From: a virus
DNA: 64,000 bases
IMG/VR virus record: IMGVR_UViG_3300017963_000225
Coordinates: 27,635-91,634 of that record
Direction: 5' to 3' (one strand)
In this document: positions 51,745 to 60,638 of the stretch, piece after piece
Layout of the letters: every line of letters begins with the position of its first letter
How positions within the stretch are numbered: position 1 is the stretch's first letter
Position numbers and translations under genes: made by a program
Notes under the pieces: generated by a model
Told to the model about the DNA's origin: nothing
The model's database searches: none
The model's input: the letters and a program-made list of their open reading frames with translations, nothing else

Positions 51745-52247
51745 ACCTCATCGGTCGGCTCCGGTACTGAAGTCAACGGTCGCAGAAGCAGTGCGCGAAC
51801 AATCGCGTTAAACAGCTCGTCCTTCTGTCTTTGGCCGAGTGGAAGCTTGTCGTAAGTGATCAAGCACGGGTGCTCTTTCTTAGCAACGTCCTTGACCTCG
51901 CCATACCGCCAGCCGCTTGCAAGCTTCTCGATCATCCAATTTTCATGCAGGGCGCTTGGTGACGACAGTGGGTTTCTGATCTTGAACAAAATGCCGTTGC
52001 ACGTTGTCTCCTTCATCCAGTCCTCGGCGTCGTCCCATGGTGGGCTGGCGGCCTCGCCGAGCGTTACCTGCAACGCTCGATTTGCCTCGTGACACACACG
52101 AGCACAAGCGAGTATGTGGCCTGTGAGCATGAGGATGCTCTTTCCCTTGAAGCGGTCCTGAACTCCTGGCGGAAATCCGTCGAGGTATCCTTCGTCAAGC
52201 ATCTTTGCCATCACGGCCGCTGACAATTGAGCATCCAAAACAGTCAT
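51741..52247 (-). CDS. Phage RyR-domain protein
   Basis: 'ARVCHEANRA...HENWM.EK...GW.YG.VKD..KKEHPCL..YD.LP..QR.KD'. Confidence 0.85.
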   Translation of the reverse strand: MTVLDAQLSAAVMAKMLDEGYLDGFPPGVQDRFKGKSILMLTGHILACARVCHEANRALQVTLGEAASPPWDDAEDWMKETTCNGILFKIRNPLSSPSALHENWMIEKLASGWRYGEVKDVAKKEHPCLITYDKLPLGQRQKDELFNAIVRALLLRPLTSVPEPTDEV

Positions 52248-52257
52248 CGTTAGCCCC

Positions 52258-52635
52258 TCATATTTTTACAGTGTTTGTGAAGCGAGCGGGGTCGCCATAG
52301 GCCGCGATGCGACTTACCAAAAATGCTGCATCGCGCTCGACGTGCGGGTTGAACATTTGAAAATCGTCCATGTGACCGATCAACAGATGGCAGCGCCGAC
52401 ACAAGACAATCGCATTATCCCTGTCTAGTTCGCGATGAGGCGCCAAATGAAACGGCTCGATGTGATGGACCTCAAGACGCTTCTTTGACATGCAGGCTGA
52501 GCAGCTCCCGTATTTCTTGACGAGAGCCCGAGCGAAGCTTGCCCATTTAGGGCTTCGTCGCATGCCGCCTGGCAGCCTGCCGGTGGAAACGTCACGAACG
52601 TGCTCAACTGCGCCTTTGATGGCCTGAATAATCAT
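52258..52635 (-). CDS. HNH endonuclease
   Basis: 'CSAC...LEVHHI.P...N...LCRRCH..GH'. Confidence 0.85.
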   Translation of the reverse strand: MIIQAIKGAVEHVRDVSTGRLPGGMRRSPKWASFARALVKKYGSCSACMSKKRLEVHHIEPFHLAPHRELDRDNAIVLCRRCHLLIGHMDDFQMFNPHVERDAAFLVSRIAAYGDPARFTNTVKI

Positions 52636-52668
52636 CCTTCGTCACTCCGACTCCATGGGGAAGAATCA

Positions 52669-52878
52669 TCAGCGATTACCCAGCACGCAGCGCACGGCCG
52701 CGTCCTTGGCTTCCAAAAGCTTTCTCAGCGCCACGGCCTGCTCCTCGGCATCGACGGCCGGCGTGTTGACGATGATCCTGGCAAGATCCTCGAAGTAGCG
52801 CGCCACCTCCCGCAGGTGCGGCGGCAGGTGACAGCTATTGAAGTAGCGCATGATAGGTAGTTCTTTACTAGACATCAC
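52669..52878 (-). CDS. Small conserved helical-hairpin phage protein
   Basis: 'YF...HLPPHL...F..LA...E..VALRKLLEAKDAAVR'. Confidence 0.7.
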   Translation of the reverse strand: MMSSKELPIMRYFNSCHLPPHLREVARYFEDLARIIVNTPAVDAEEQAVALRKLLEAKDAAVRCVLGNR

Positions 52879-53377
52879 ATTTCTCCTTTATCACGTTATT
52901 CTCCGCGTCCTCGCGCCGCTTCTCCAGGTACCGCGTGTGTCGTGCGCGCGACTCGCTCCAAGTGCAAGCGCTATAGCCGCATCCCCGCTCGTCAGCGCCG
53001 AACGACGAGCACATACGAGGACGAATGTCGTAGATGGTGCAGTTTCCACCGACGTAGTGCTTGCACTTGTAGTGATAGACGGGATCGCTCGCCGATTCGA
53101 GCCCTGCTTCGCGTGTCCTCTCTCCGTCAGGGTGCTCGTGTGATTGCCTGATGTACGTCAACATAGGGTAAATCAGCTCAATGTCCTGATAAATCGGCAG
53201 CGACAGCTTGCCGCCGAGCCGGTGCCTATCGCGCCCTTGCATTTCAATCACCACCTGCTCGCGAAAGTCCTTGCTGCGAATAGCAAGCATGTATGAATCT
53301 CGCAGGTCACTTGGCGCCAGCGGCAGTCCGATGTTCTCGCAGCAGTGCCCGGTGCATCGTCCGCATTGTTCTTTCAT
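52868..53377 (-). CDS. YkgJ-like Cys-cluster (Zn/Fe-S) protein
   Basis: 'CGRCTGHCC' ... 'C.HY...CTIYDIRPRMC'. Confidence 0.75.
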   Translation of the reverse strand: MKEQCGRCTGHCCENIGLPLAPSDLRDSYMLAIRSKDFREQVVIEMQGRDRHRLGGKLSLPIYQDIELIYPMLTYIRQSHEHPDGERTREAGLESASDPVYHYKCKHYVGGNCTIYDIRPRMCSSFGADERGCGYSACTWSESRARHTRYLEKRREDAENNVIKEKCDV

Positions 53378-53388
53378 GTAAAACCATT

Positions 53389-53715
53389 CTACTCGTTGTT
53401 GTCTTTACGTCGTGATTTGCCCCTCGGCCATCCCGGCCTTTTGACAGAAGCCTCCTCCGCTTCCGCAAGGCTCACGGCCGACGCGCCGTCGCTTACTTCC
53501 GTTTCAGATCCAGGATTCCTCCATGGCCTAACTGGTTCTTCGTCTATGCCCTTGCTTGTCATCCTTTCAAGCTTGCGCTTCAGGTACTCGCGCACCTCAA
53601 ATAATTCCTTGATGAGGATGCGCTTGGCGTTCCCATTGTCCATCTCATTGATTTTCTTTTTGAGGCTTGCGATATGGGAACTAAGCTCAGGACCGCTCAT
53701 CGTGCGGAAATTCAT
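53389..53715 (-). CDS. Hypothetical protein
   Basis: 108 aa, coupled overlap. Confidence 0.6.
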   Translation of the reverse strand: MNFRTMSGPELSSHIASLKKKINEMDNGNAKRILIKELFEVREYLKRKLERMTSKGIDEEPVRPWRNPGSETEVSDGASAVSLAEAEEASVKRPGWPRGKSRRKDNNE

Positions 53716-54014
53716 AGCTGGCGTCCACCGAGCTTATCCGGGTCGCGATCACACTCGACCTTGCGTCCGTCCCAAGGCGCGACGACCGGCAACGTGCTCA
53801 CGTCGAACTCTTCAAAGTTGATTTTGACGTTGGCGCGAACATTGGCGGCAGCCTCCTCGATGGCCGCCGCCATGGCGGCCGCAGGATCGCGCCGCAGCGT
53901 GTCGGACTTGTAGCGGTCGATTCTGCCTCGCGGACCTGATGAGCAGGTGCCGCGATACCACAGCTCACCGCGATAGTTGACCGGCTGCACTTCAACGTGA
54001 ATGACAAAACTCAT
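53712..54014 (-). CDS. Hypothetical protein
   Basis: 100 aa, coupled overlap. Confidence 0.6.
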   Translation of the reverse strand: MSFVIHVEVQPVNYRGELWYRGTCSSGPRGRIDRYKSDTLRRDPAAAMAAAIEEAAANVRANVKINFEEFDVSTLPVVAPWDGRKVECDRDPDKLGGRQL

Positions 54015-54265
54015 TTCGCAACCTTTTCATTTTCTTTCGATTTTTTCGGTGGTTGAAACACTGGCGGGATTTGAAGCGGAAACCCATTAACCGCGTCGCG
54101 CCAAGTCAAAATTTCATCAAAGAAAAATTTGATAATTTTCGAGAGAGGAACTCTGGTTTCGGCGGCTCGAATGGCCGCCCAATACCCTTGTGCAAACCCT
54201 CGTCGATATGTGCCTTCGATCGATGGGTGCTTCTTTTCATTCTCGTCCACAAGCGCCTCCTTCAC
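54011..54265 (-). CDS. Hypothetical protein
   Basis: 84 aa; 'YRRGFAQG'. Confidence 0.6.
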   Translation of the reverse strand: MKEALVDENEKKHPSIEGTYRRGFAQGYWAAIRAAETRVPLSKIIKFFFDEILTWRDAVNGFPLQIPPVFQPPKKSKENEKVAK

Positions 54266-54510
54266 AGGGAATTCAAAAGGTCAGCAAGACCATTTTTGTT
54301 GGCATTTTTTAAGGCATTTGCCGCGCCGCCTTGCGCCCTTAACCAACAGCGTGCCGTGACGGAAATGCTAACTTTTGGGTCAAGGCTGTCTTCCAGCTCT
54401 TTGTTGTGAGCTGGACACAGCGAAGCCCATACCCTACCGAAGCTGTCCGCTTGGTCCTCGTGAGCCGCATTACAACAATCGACCCAGGTGCATTTTTTAA
54501 CTTCGCTCAA
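54262..54510 (-). CDS. Hypothetical Zn-binding protein
   Basis: 'CTWVDC...LCPAH'; TTG start at 54510 inferred from TTGA overlap. Confidence 0.55.
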   Translation of the reverse strand: MSEVKKCTWVDCCNAAHEDQADSFGRVWASLCPAHNKELEDSLDPKVSISVTARCWLRAQGGAANALKNANKNGLADLLNSL

Positions 54511-54815
54511 GGTTTTCCATCCTCGATCTTCATCGTGACCTTGACCTTCACGTCGTCTCCCCACTCGATATCGTAATCATCTTCGAGAAAGCGAATGATG
54601 GCGCGACCTCGCACGCGCAAGCGGTCGCCCTTCTTGAAGTCGGGCATGTCACCGCTAAACGGGAAGCTCCAAATTCCCGTCTCGAAAAACCCCAGTATCT
54701 CACCCCAATCATCGCCCATCGGTGCCGGAATGTCGGTTTTGTCATACAGAAGCTTCCACGGAACGAGCTTGCTCGCCGTTCGGACATAAATGAAATCGAT
54801 TTTCAGATTTACCAT
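54507..54815 (-). CDS. Hypothetical protein
   Basis: 102 aa, GGAG SD. Confidence 0.6.
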   Translation of the reverse strand: MVNLKIDFIYVRTASKLVPWKLLYDKTDIPAPMGDDWGEILGFFETGIWSFPFSGDMPDFKKGDRLRVRGRAIIRFLEDDYDIEWGDDVKVKVTMKIEDGKP

Positions 54816-55052
54816 TCAATACTCCAAATCATGTTCTATTGGCTCAAATACCTGAAAACAAGACACGCCGCTGCCGTTCAGCACGTAGCAAACGCTCTCG
54901 CGATTTGAGCACCGCCACATATTCTGGCTAATGCTCATCGACACGATCGCGCACTGCATCGCGTGTTCTTGATCGATTAATTTTGATTTGGATTCTTTTA
55001 GCTCTTTGCACGAGCTACAGAAAAAACTGAGGACGAGGACGAGGATTTTCAC
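54816..55052 (-). CDS. Putative small lipoprotein
   Basis: GTG 55052 with GGAGG SD; MKILVLVLSFFCSSC signal-like; Cys-rich C-terminus. Confidence 0.6.
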   Translation of the reverse strand: MKILVLVLSFFCSSCKELKESKSKLIDQEHAMQCAIVSMSISQNMWRCSNRESVCYVLNGSGVSCFQVFEPIEHDLEY

Positions 55053-55080
55053 TGATTGGCCTCCTGCCAAAAAATAAAAG

Positions 55081-55153
55081 CTGCGGTGGCACGACTCGAA
55101 CATGCGACAGGTGGATTAACAGTCCATTGCTCTACCAACTGAGCTACACCGCA
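55081..55153 (-). tRNA. tRNA-Asn (GUU)
   Basis: TGCGGTG/CACCGCA acceptor, AGCTCAGTTGGTAGAGC D-arm, CT-GTT-AA loop, TTCGAGT T-loop, G discriminator; CCA not encoded. Confidence 0.95.
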
Positions 55154-55165
55154 TTGCTTTGCTCG

Positions 55166-55194
55166 AACGTATTCACAATCTGACACGCAATCAA
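55166..55194 (-). promoter_or_regulatory. Sigma70-like promoter for tRNA-Asn
   Basis: TTGATT-17 nt-TACGTT ending 12 nt before the tRNA, just after a terminator. Confidence 0.55.
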
Positions 55195-55197
55195 CAC

Positions 55198-55244
55198 AAA
55201 AAAGTAGGGTGGGCGCCACGAGCTTCCCCAGCACTGCCCACCCT
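55198..55244 (-). terminator. Terminator-like hairpin downstream of ssb
   Basis: AGGGTGGGC/GCCCACCCT stem with 21-nt loop followed by ACTTTTTT. Confidence 0.6.
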
Positions 55245-55421
55245 GTCAAAGCCTTCTCGTGGTGCTTATCAAAACGCCCGACACCATGCCGGGAACGTCC
55301 CGATCATTTGTAAAGGACCGCTGGCCTGACTGACTATCGCCGACCAGGCTGTAACCTCTTGCGCTTGTAGCAGCGGCCTTATCGTTCGCATGCCCGACTG
55401 GAGCCTCGGGCATACTTTCGA

Positions 55422-56141
55422 TCAAAATGGAATATCATTCAAACCTGGCGGTGGCGTTCCGTATGCAGGAGCATTCTGCGGCTGCCCATACGGCTGCCCG
55501 TATTGCGGCTGCTGCGCTTGCGGCTGCTGCGCTTGCGGAGCTTGTGCAGCTTGTGCAGCTTGTGGCTGAGCGGCTCTTGGCTGCTGCCAAGCATTGGGAT
55601 GCGGCTGCTGCGGAGCTTGCCCATAAGCCTGACCAGCGTACTGCGGCGCAGGCGCAGGCGCTGGCGGCGGCGCGTAGGCTTGACCATAGCCTTGCGCTTG
55701 CGGAGCATGCTGCTGCTGCTGCTGCTGCTGCTGCGCCTGACCTTGCATCGGATAGCGCGAAGGTCCAGGATGCAGAAACACCGCATTGGCGTTAATCACC
55801 GTCTTCCACTTCTTCTCGCCGCTGTTGTTATCAGTCCAGCTCTCGTTCTCGACGCCACCGAAGAAACAAATCGTCTGCCCTGGCTGAGCTTGCGCCAGCG
55901 ATTCAGCGGCCGTCCCCCAGGCTTTAACATTGATTGTGTCGTGATGGATCGGGCGCTGACCGCCCTGGCTGTCGGCGCGACCGAGCCGGCAAATCTGCAC
56001 TCGGGTGCTGGCGACCTTATTGCCGTTTTGCGTCTGATTAACGCGGGGGGCCTCGACAACGTGGCCGACGTATGGAGCGTCACCCTTGTAATGGTCAGGC
56101 GCACTGTAGTTCAGACGTGGATCTTGATTCGGATGTGACAT
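55422..56141 (-). CDS. ssb: Single-stranded DNA-binding protein
   Basis: OB fold 'VKAWG..AE......G..I...G.....W.D..GEKK..T.I.A', Gln/Pro/Ala linker, C-terminal DIPF. Confidence 0.92.
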   Translation of the reverse strand: MSHPNQDPRLNYSAPDHYKGDAPYVGHVVEAPRVNQTQNGNKVASTRVQICRLGRADSQGGQRPIHHDTINVKAWGTAAESLAQAQPGQTICFFGGVENESWTDNNSGEKKWKTVINANAVFLHPGPSRYPMQGQAQQQQQQQQHAPQAQGYGQAYAPPPAPAPAPQYAGQAYGQAPQQPHPNAWQQPRAAQPQAAQAAQAPQAQQPQAQQPQYGQPYGQPQNAPAYGTPPPGLNDIPF

Positions 56142-56190
56142 TTGATACCTCGCTTACGTTGTCTTGGCCCCACGCATGGGACACGGTAAA

Positions 56191-56490
56191 TCAGTTGAGC
56201 GTGAGCTGCTTCTTCTCGGTGAGCTTCAGCTCGCGTCCACCGACCGCGAAAATGACCTTCTCAAGCGCTGGCTCGGCGTTGAGCATCTTAATCAGCTCGC
56301 GGCGGGTCGAAGCTTCGATCAGCGTGATGCCGACCTCGCGCAGGCGCACAACGGCGTAGTAGCTCGGCCGGGCGCGAGCGGCCTTGGCCTCACCTTCTGC
56401 GGCTTCGTCTTCGGCCGGCTGTGCTGCCTCGGGCAGGCCCTCGGCGACAGGGAGCGCCTCTTGCGTAGCTTGGGCTTCTTGGGTTTCCAT
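56191..56490 (-). CDS. Hypothetical protein
   Basis: Likely start ATG 56490 (METQEA) with AAGGA SD. Confidence 0.55.
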   Translation of the reverse strand: METQEAQATQEALPVAEGLPEAAQPAEDEAAEGEAKAARARPSYYAVVRLREVGITLIEASTRRELIKMLNAEPALEKVIFAVGGRELKLTEKKQLTLN

Positions 56491-56614
56491 GACGATATCC
56501 TTCCATGTTGAAATCACCGCTGGATCGACACGCGCACCATGCGCGTTGTACCAGCGTCGATAGCTGTTTTTACTAGGTCCGATAAGATTCGCTCGCGTGA
56601 GCGCACAAAAAGGC

Positions 56615-56944
56615 TCACCGCACACCTCGCTGTGCCAAAAAATCGACCACTTCCCACCACAGCCTCTTGTGCCTCCTTAGGCACTCACGAGCCTTGGCTA
56701 GGTGGACATGCGGCTCAAGCTCGTAGCCGTCGAGCTGTCGCTCCAGCTCCGACACGGCCAGGTATTCACCTTGGAAGACGATCTTCATGCACTGCCAAAA
56801 TGGTGAGCCTGGTGCCCGCTGATGCTTAGGAACAAGCTCTATCCACGCCTCATTTAGTGCGGTCATATACTTGTCACAATTTGACACAATTTCTGCTTGT
56901 CTTGGCGTCAAACTTGTCGCGTAGTTTTGTGTTTCTTCGCTCAT
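56615..56944 (-). CDS. Hypothetical protein
   Basis: 109 aa, ATGA-coupled to the primase-helicase. Confidence 0.6.
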   Translation of the reverse strand: MSEETQNYATSLTPRQAEIVSNCDKYMTALNEAWIELVPKHQRAPGSPFWQCMKIVFQGEYLAVSELERQLDGYELEPHVHLAKARECLRRHKRLWWEVVDFLAQRGVR

Positions 56945-58806
56945 TCTTTGTCAGCTCCAGCCGCCATATCTTGACCTGATAAATGACCTTTAGGCCAACG
57001 GCTTCTGTACGTTCGCGACTGTTTCTTTGTCGCAACAGGAGCACCTTCTGTCAACTCAGTTTCTTCGATTGAACGTGTTTTTTCGTCGAAGCGATAGAAC
57101 ACTTTTCCCTTACGTCCGAGGTATCGATTCTTCTGCACTTCGATGTAATTGTCGCCGTCGTCACCGCCCGGCTGTAGCAGCAAAACATTGTCAACATCTT
57201 GCGTTGCCTTGCCACTTCCGAATACCGCACTCAGGTCCATCGACGCGCCAAAGCCCCACTTCTTAGGGTGACTAATCAGCCAAAGGTGAACGCCAAGCTG
57301 GTTTACAAACACGCGCAGCTTGTGAATCGCCTCGTCTTGAACGTCAAATTTGTTGCTGCCTTTCGCTTGAACGGACAGCATAAACTGAAGGTTATCGATC
57401 ATGATCTGCCGCACGCCCTGAACGCGCACGGCATACGTGCAGGCGTCGATTACCTCGTCAACATTGGTTGATCCCCAGAACGTCGTCAGCTCAATAGGTA
57501 GGGCTTCAATGAAGTCCAAAACCTTGTCGGCGTTCCCCTCTTTCGTCAGGTCGCCGTCTCCTCCAAGCTGGCGAGCCACGTCGGTTAGGAGCACGTCGTT
57601 AACGATCTCAAACGAGCACAGCAGCGTCGGAAGCTGATATTCCATGCAAAGGTTAAGCACCATTTGCCGCACGGTTGTCGTCTTTCCGAAGCCGGTTGGG
57701 CCAGTGACGAGCGTGATTTCTGTTGGCCTGTGGCCACCAAGTAGCTTCGTCAACCTCTCGAATCCAGGTATAGGAAGCCCTAGGTATTTGTCAGGATTTA
57801 GCAGCCTGTCTTTGACCTTCTCCCTGTACTTCGCTGGCGTCACGATCTCTTTGTGCGGCCTCAGTTTCGCGCTTGCGACGAGGCTTTTGATCGACAATCC
57901 GGCTAGCAAAGCGTCGTTCGCGTCCTTCGGTCCAACGCTAGTTCCGCCTCGCGTTTGTATGACATAACTGCGGTCCAAACCTATCTTCGGTATGTGTTTG
58001 TCGAGCGCTTCTCGGCCAGCCTTGTCGTCATCGAGCCACAGAAAAATGCGTCTAAAACGCTCCAGTTTTTTGACCAAATCAGGCATCAACGAATCTGTAC
58101 CGTTAGGTAAACTGATAGCCACCATGCCGGTTTCCTGATGCACCGTGATGGCATCCAGCTCACCCTCAGTGAGCACAACCTCTTGCGTGTCTTCGGTTAC
58201 GAGGTGCCACCCGAAGAACGAGTAGCCTCCCCCCTTCGGCTCAAGCGTCATGCACTTCTTGTCGTGAACGGATCGCAGCTTGGTGCGGACGGCAATCTCT
58301 CGACCATCCTGGTCGGTGTCGTACCACCCGAAGGTGACGCAGTTGTGCAGCAGGTCGCCGAACTGCTTGACCTCGGCTCCGAGTCGGTATGCCTTGGCAC
58401 CGGCCTCGGTGATGCCTCGCGATGCCAGCCATTCCACCACCACGGTGTTGCCGTCAAGCCAGGATTGGGCTCTCTTGAGGCGCTCGGGATCGGCCTTGAC
58501 GAAATTGCGGCGCTTGAAGCTCGGCCCATTCTGGCGCTCCAGCGCGTCGTCGAGGTCGCCTAGGTCGCGTCGAAGGTCCGCATGGCTGCCGGTGGCGCTG
58601 CATCGGTTGCAGCGAAACGCACCTGTGTCTTTTCGGACATAGAGCTTGTACTCGTTGTCGGACTTGCCTTTCGTAGGTGGGCAGAACGGGCAAACCTTGA
58701 TAGTCCACTGGTCCTGGCTGTCGCGAAGCTCGAAACCCTTGGTGCCCAAGTAGCTGCGGAACTCTGACTGGTTGTATTCCAAGTAGCGGTTGCCATGTGC
58801 GCTCAA
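56941..58806 (-). CDS. T7 gp4/Twinkle-type primase-helicase
   Basis: Zn-finger CPFC...CNRC, TOPRIM 'TEGELDA', 'LDDDKAG', 'KDAND', SF4 helicase 'GPTGFGKTT', 'IDNLQF', 'HPKK', 'QKNR'. Confidence 0.93.
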   Translation of the reverse strand: MSAHGNRYLEYNQSEFRSYLGTKGFELRDSQDQWTIKVCPFCPPTKGKSDNEYKLYVRKDTGAFRCNRCSATGSHADLRRDLGDLDDALERQNGPSFKRRNFVKADPERLKRAQSWLDGNTVVVEWLASRGITEAGAKAYRLGAEVKQFGDLLHNCVTFGWYDTDQDGREIAVRTKLRSVHDKKCMTLEPKGGGYSFFGWHLVTEDTQEVVLTEGELDAITVHQETGMVAISLPNGTDSLMPDLVKKLERFRRIFLWLDDDKAGREALDKHIPKIGLDRSYVIQTRGGTSVGPKDANDALLAGLSIKSLVASAKLRPHKEIVTPAKYREKVKDRLLNPDKYLGLPIPGFERLTKLLGGHRPTEITLVTGPTGFGKTTTVRQMVLNLCMEYQLPTLLCSFEIVNDVLLTDVARQLGGDGDLTKEGNADKVLDFIEALPIELTTFWGSTNVDEVIDACTYAVRVQGVRQIMIDNLQFMLSVQAKGSNKFDVQDEAIHKLRVFVNQLGVHLWLISHPKKWGFGASMDLSAVFGSGKATQDVDNVLLLQPGGDDGDNYIEVQKNRYLGRKGKVFYRFDEKTRSIEETELTEGAPVATKKQSRTYRSRWPKGHLSGQDMAAGADKE

Positions 58807-58839
58807 AAGCGGCCTCCTGCCTTGTCTCGCTTGGGTTTG

Positions 58840-60267
58840 TTAATATGGCTCGTTATCAAAACCGCACGGCTCACCGCCTTCATAGTACGGGTCATCTTGA
58901 GGCGGCGAACCTGCCGCACTGATTGGGTAAACTTGCTGATCGTTTTGGCTATAGTTATTTTCGCCGCTGTTGCGTTCTGGTGCCTCACCGTCCCCAAGGT
59001 CGGGCGAAGGGCTTTGCGTCAAGCAGGAGCGAAACTCGGCGATCCTTGACGGCACCTGGGGGGCGACTTGAGGTGCCGCCGAAACGATGGCGGCCTCGCC
59101 GCCCGGTGAGCTGGGCAGGGGGAGCACGATCTTCGCATCCTTGCCGATCCCATCCCGCTTGGGAGTAGGCACGCAGCCATCGTTAGGCACGAAACCCGGA
59201 CACATCGCGGGGTCTAGCTCTGTGTTCTCCGCGCAATCCTTGTGGTGCATGGGCGACAAGGCGAGTAGCAGTTTGCGAAAATGCGCCGCCGACGGCGTTG
59301 CGCTCGGATCGAAACACTCGGCAGGCCACATTAAGCTCTTGTATTTCTTGCCCATCATCAAGTTATCCCAGCTTGGCTGCCAAAATTTTGGGCGTCCATC
59401 GTGTGCAAAAAGTAAGCTGGCGCCGATTTGAGCACTCATGAGGCGCATGGTCGTGGCCACCACGTTGCCACGAGTCCCACCGTTCTCGATCTCGATCAGC
59501 TTCGCCAGGCGCTCCAAAAGCTCGGGGTCCGCGTCCGAGTGGACAGGATCGTCGATGCCAGCGGTGATCGCGCACTGGACACGAGCCCACGCCAAAAGGC
59601 TCACGGCGCAGTCGGCAAGCTGCCCACGCCAGGTGGGACCGCACGACTCGACAACGCTCTTGAAGCCCCCCCATCCAACCGGCAGCACGGACCTAGCCGC
59701 CCTTTCGCCGATCGTCAGGTTTGCCGTCTCGCCCTGCTCCGCTCCGCTTCTGCTTGCAGGCTCGTCAGAGCCTTTAGCAGAAGCAGAAGAAGAAGAATAG
59801 GTTGGACGGTGGTTGGATTCGGTTGAACCGCTGTTGAGCCGCTGTTTACGTTTGTCGGCCTGTATTTCTTGGCTCCTCTTGCCCTTATTCGACTGCGATA
59901 TCAGAAACTTAACCCTCTTGGACATGCCGTTGACGTAAAAGAACCCCGGTTCATTCCAACAGCGGTTCAACTCCGGTTGAACAACTGTTAAGCATTTGCT
60001 CACCTCATGTTTAGCATCGGCTAGAAGCTGTTCACAGGGGGTCACGAGCCCTGCATCTACCAGCGCCTGAACAACTCGGTCTTTTGCCGCGCATTCGCAC
60101 GTATGCGCCAGCTCCAAAGCTGTCATGATTGGGCGCTTTTCTTTGTGGCAGCGCACCCAAATAGCCATCATGCGACCGATGGCCTCGAAGCGTTTCCAGT
60201 CCATAGCGTCAGCCAAAAGACCAAATCTGCCATCGCTGAACACGCCTTCATCGACGAGAATATTCAC
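58840..60267 (-). CDS. Putative replication initiator (lambda-O / replisome-organiser-like)
   Basis: N-terminal wHTH-like 'DGRF..LA......EAIG....W', low-complexity linker carrying DNA repeats, directly upstream of the helicase. Confidence 0.6.
   Translation of the reverse strand: MNILVDEGVFSDGRFGLLADAMDWKRFEAIGRMMAIWVRCHKEKRPIMTALELAHTCECAAKDRVVQALVDAGLVTPCEQLLADAKHEVSKCLTVVQPELNRCWNEPGFFYVNGMSKRVKFLISQSNKGKRSQEIQADKRKQRLNSGSTESNHRPTYSSSSASAKGSDEPASRSGAEQGETANLTIGERAARSVLPVGWGGFKSVVESCGPTWRGQLADCAVSLLAWARVQCAITAGIDDPVHSDADPELLERLAKLIEIENGGTRGNVVATTMRLMSAQIGASLLFAHDGRPKFWQPSWDNLMMGKKYKSLMWPAECFDPSATPSAAHFRKLLLALSPMHHKDCAENTELDPAMCPGFVPNDGCVPTPKRDGIGKDAKIVLPLPSSPGGEAAIVSAAPQVAPQVPSRIAEFRSCLTQSPSPDLGDGEAPERNSGENNYSQNDQQVYPISAAGSPPQDDPYYEGGEPCGFDNEPY
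59799..59985. repeat. Iteron-like repeats with a perfect 15-bp inverted repeat (candidate origin)
   Basis: GTTGAACCGCTGTTG (59822-59836) and CAACAGCGGTTCAAC (59957-59971), plus several GGTTG[AG]/CCGCTGTT copies. Confidence 0.6.
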
Positions 60268-60273
60268 GGTATG

Positions 60274-60534
60274 TCACCCTTTCTTGCCGAGTAGTTTCTG
60301 TGCTTCTGCCACCGCCTCGACGGCACTTGCTATCCACACTTGCAGCAGCTCAGGACTGCGATGCGAGCGCATGGAGTAAACAAAATCTCTGAAGGCATCG
60401 CCCTCCAACCGCACCGGCGTTCCGTCGGGAAGCTCCACAACAAGGCGCGATCCTGTAACCTCAAAGACAGCCATCGTTGCCAAAACTGACACGCTGCTGC
60501 GAAGCTGCGGGCGCTCCTTGACGCTAATCGCCAT
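60274..60534 (-). CDS. Hypothetical protein
   Basis: ATG 60534 with GGAGAGG SD. Confidence 0.6.
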   Translation of the reverse strand: MAISVKERPQLRSSVSVLATMAVFEVTGSRLVVELPDGTPVRLEGDAFRDFVYSMRSHRSPELLQVWIASAVEAVAEAQKLLGKKG

Positions 60535-60638
60535 CACCTCTCCCCCAAAATTTATGCAAGTTGACGCATGATTTTTCTCGTCGCGATCCCACCACGACCG
60601 CCTTGTCCCGGTCAACATAATTTTGTGTCGAGGAAAAA

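Noticed and set aside
52258-52635. HNH as an intron or mobile homing element
   Set aside because: Free-standing small gene; no split host gene, intron or intein signature seen in TerL, capsid or helicases.
55708-55735. (CAG)n tract in ssb, and the GAT/GAC run in the scaffold (29431-29472)
   Set aside because: Triplet runs encoding poly-Gln and poly-Asp linkers; no phase-variation effect.
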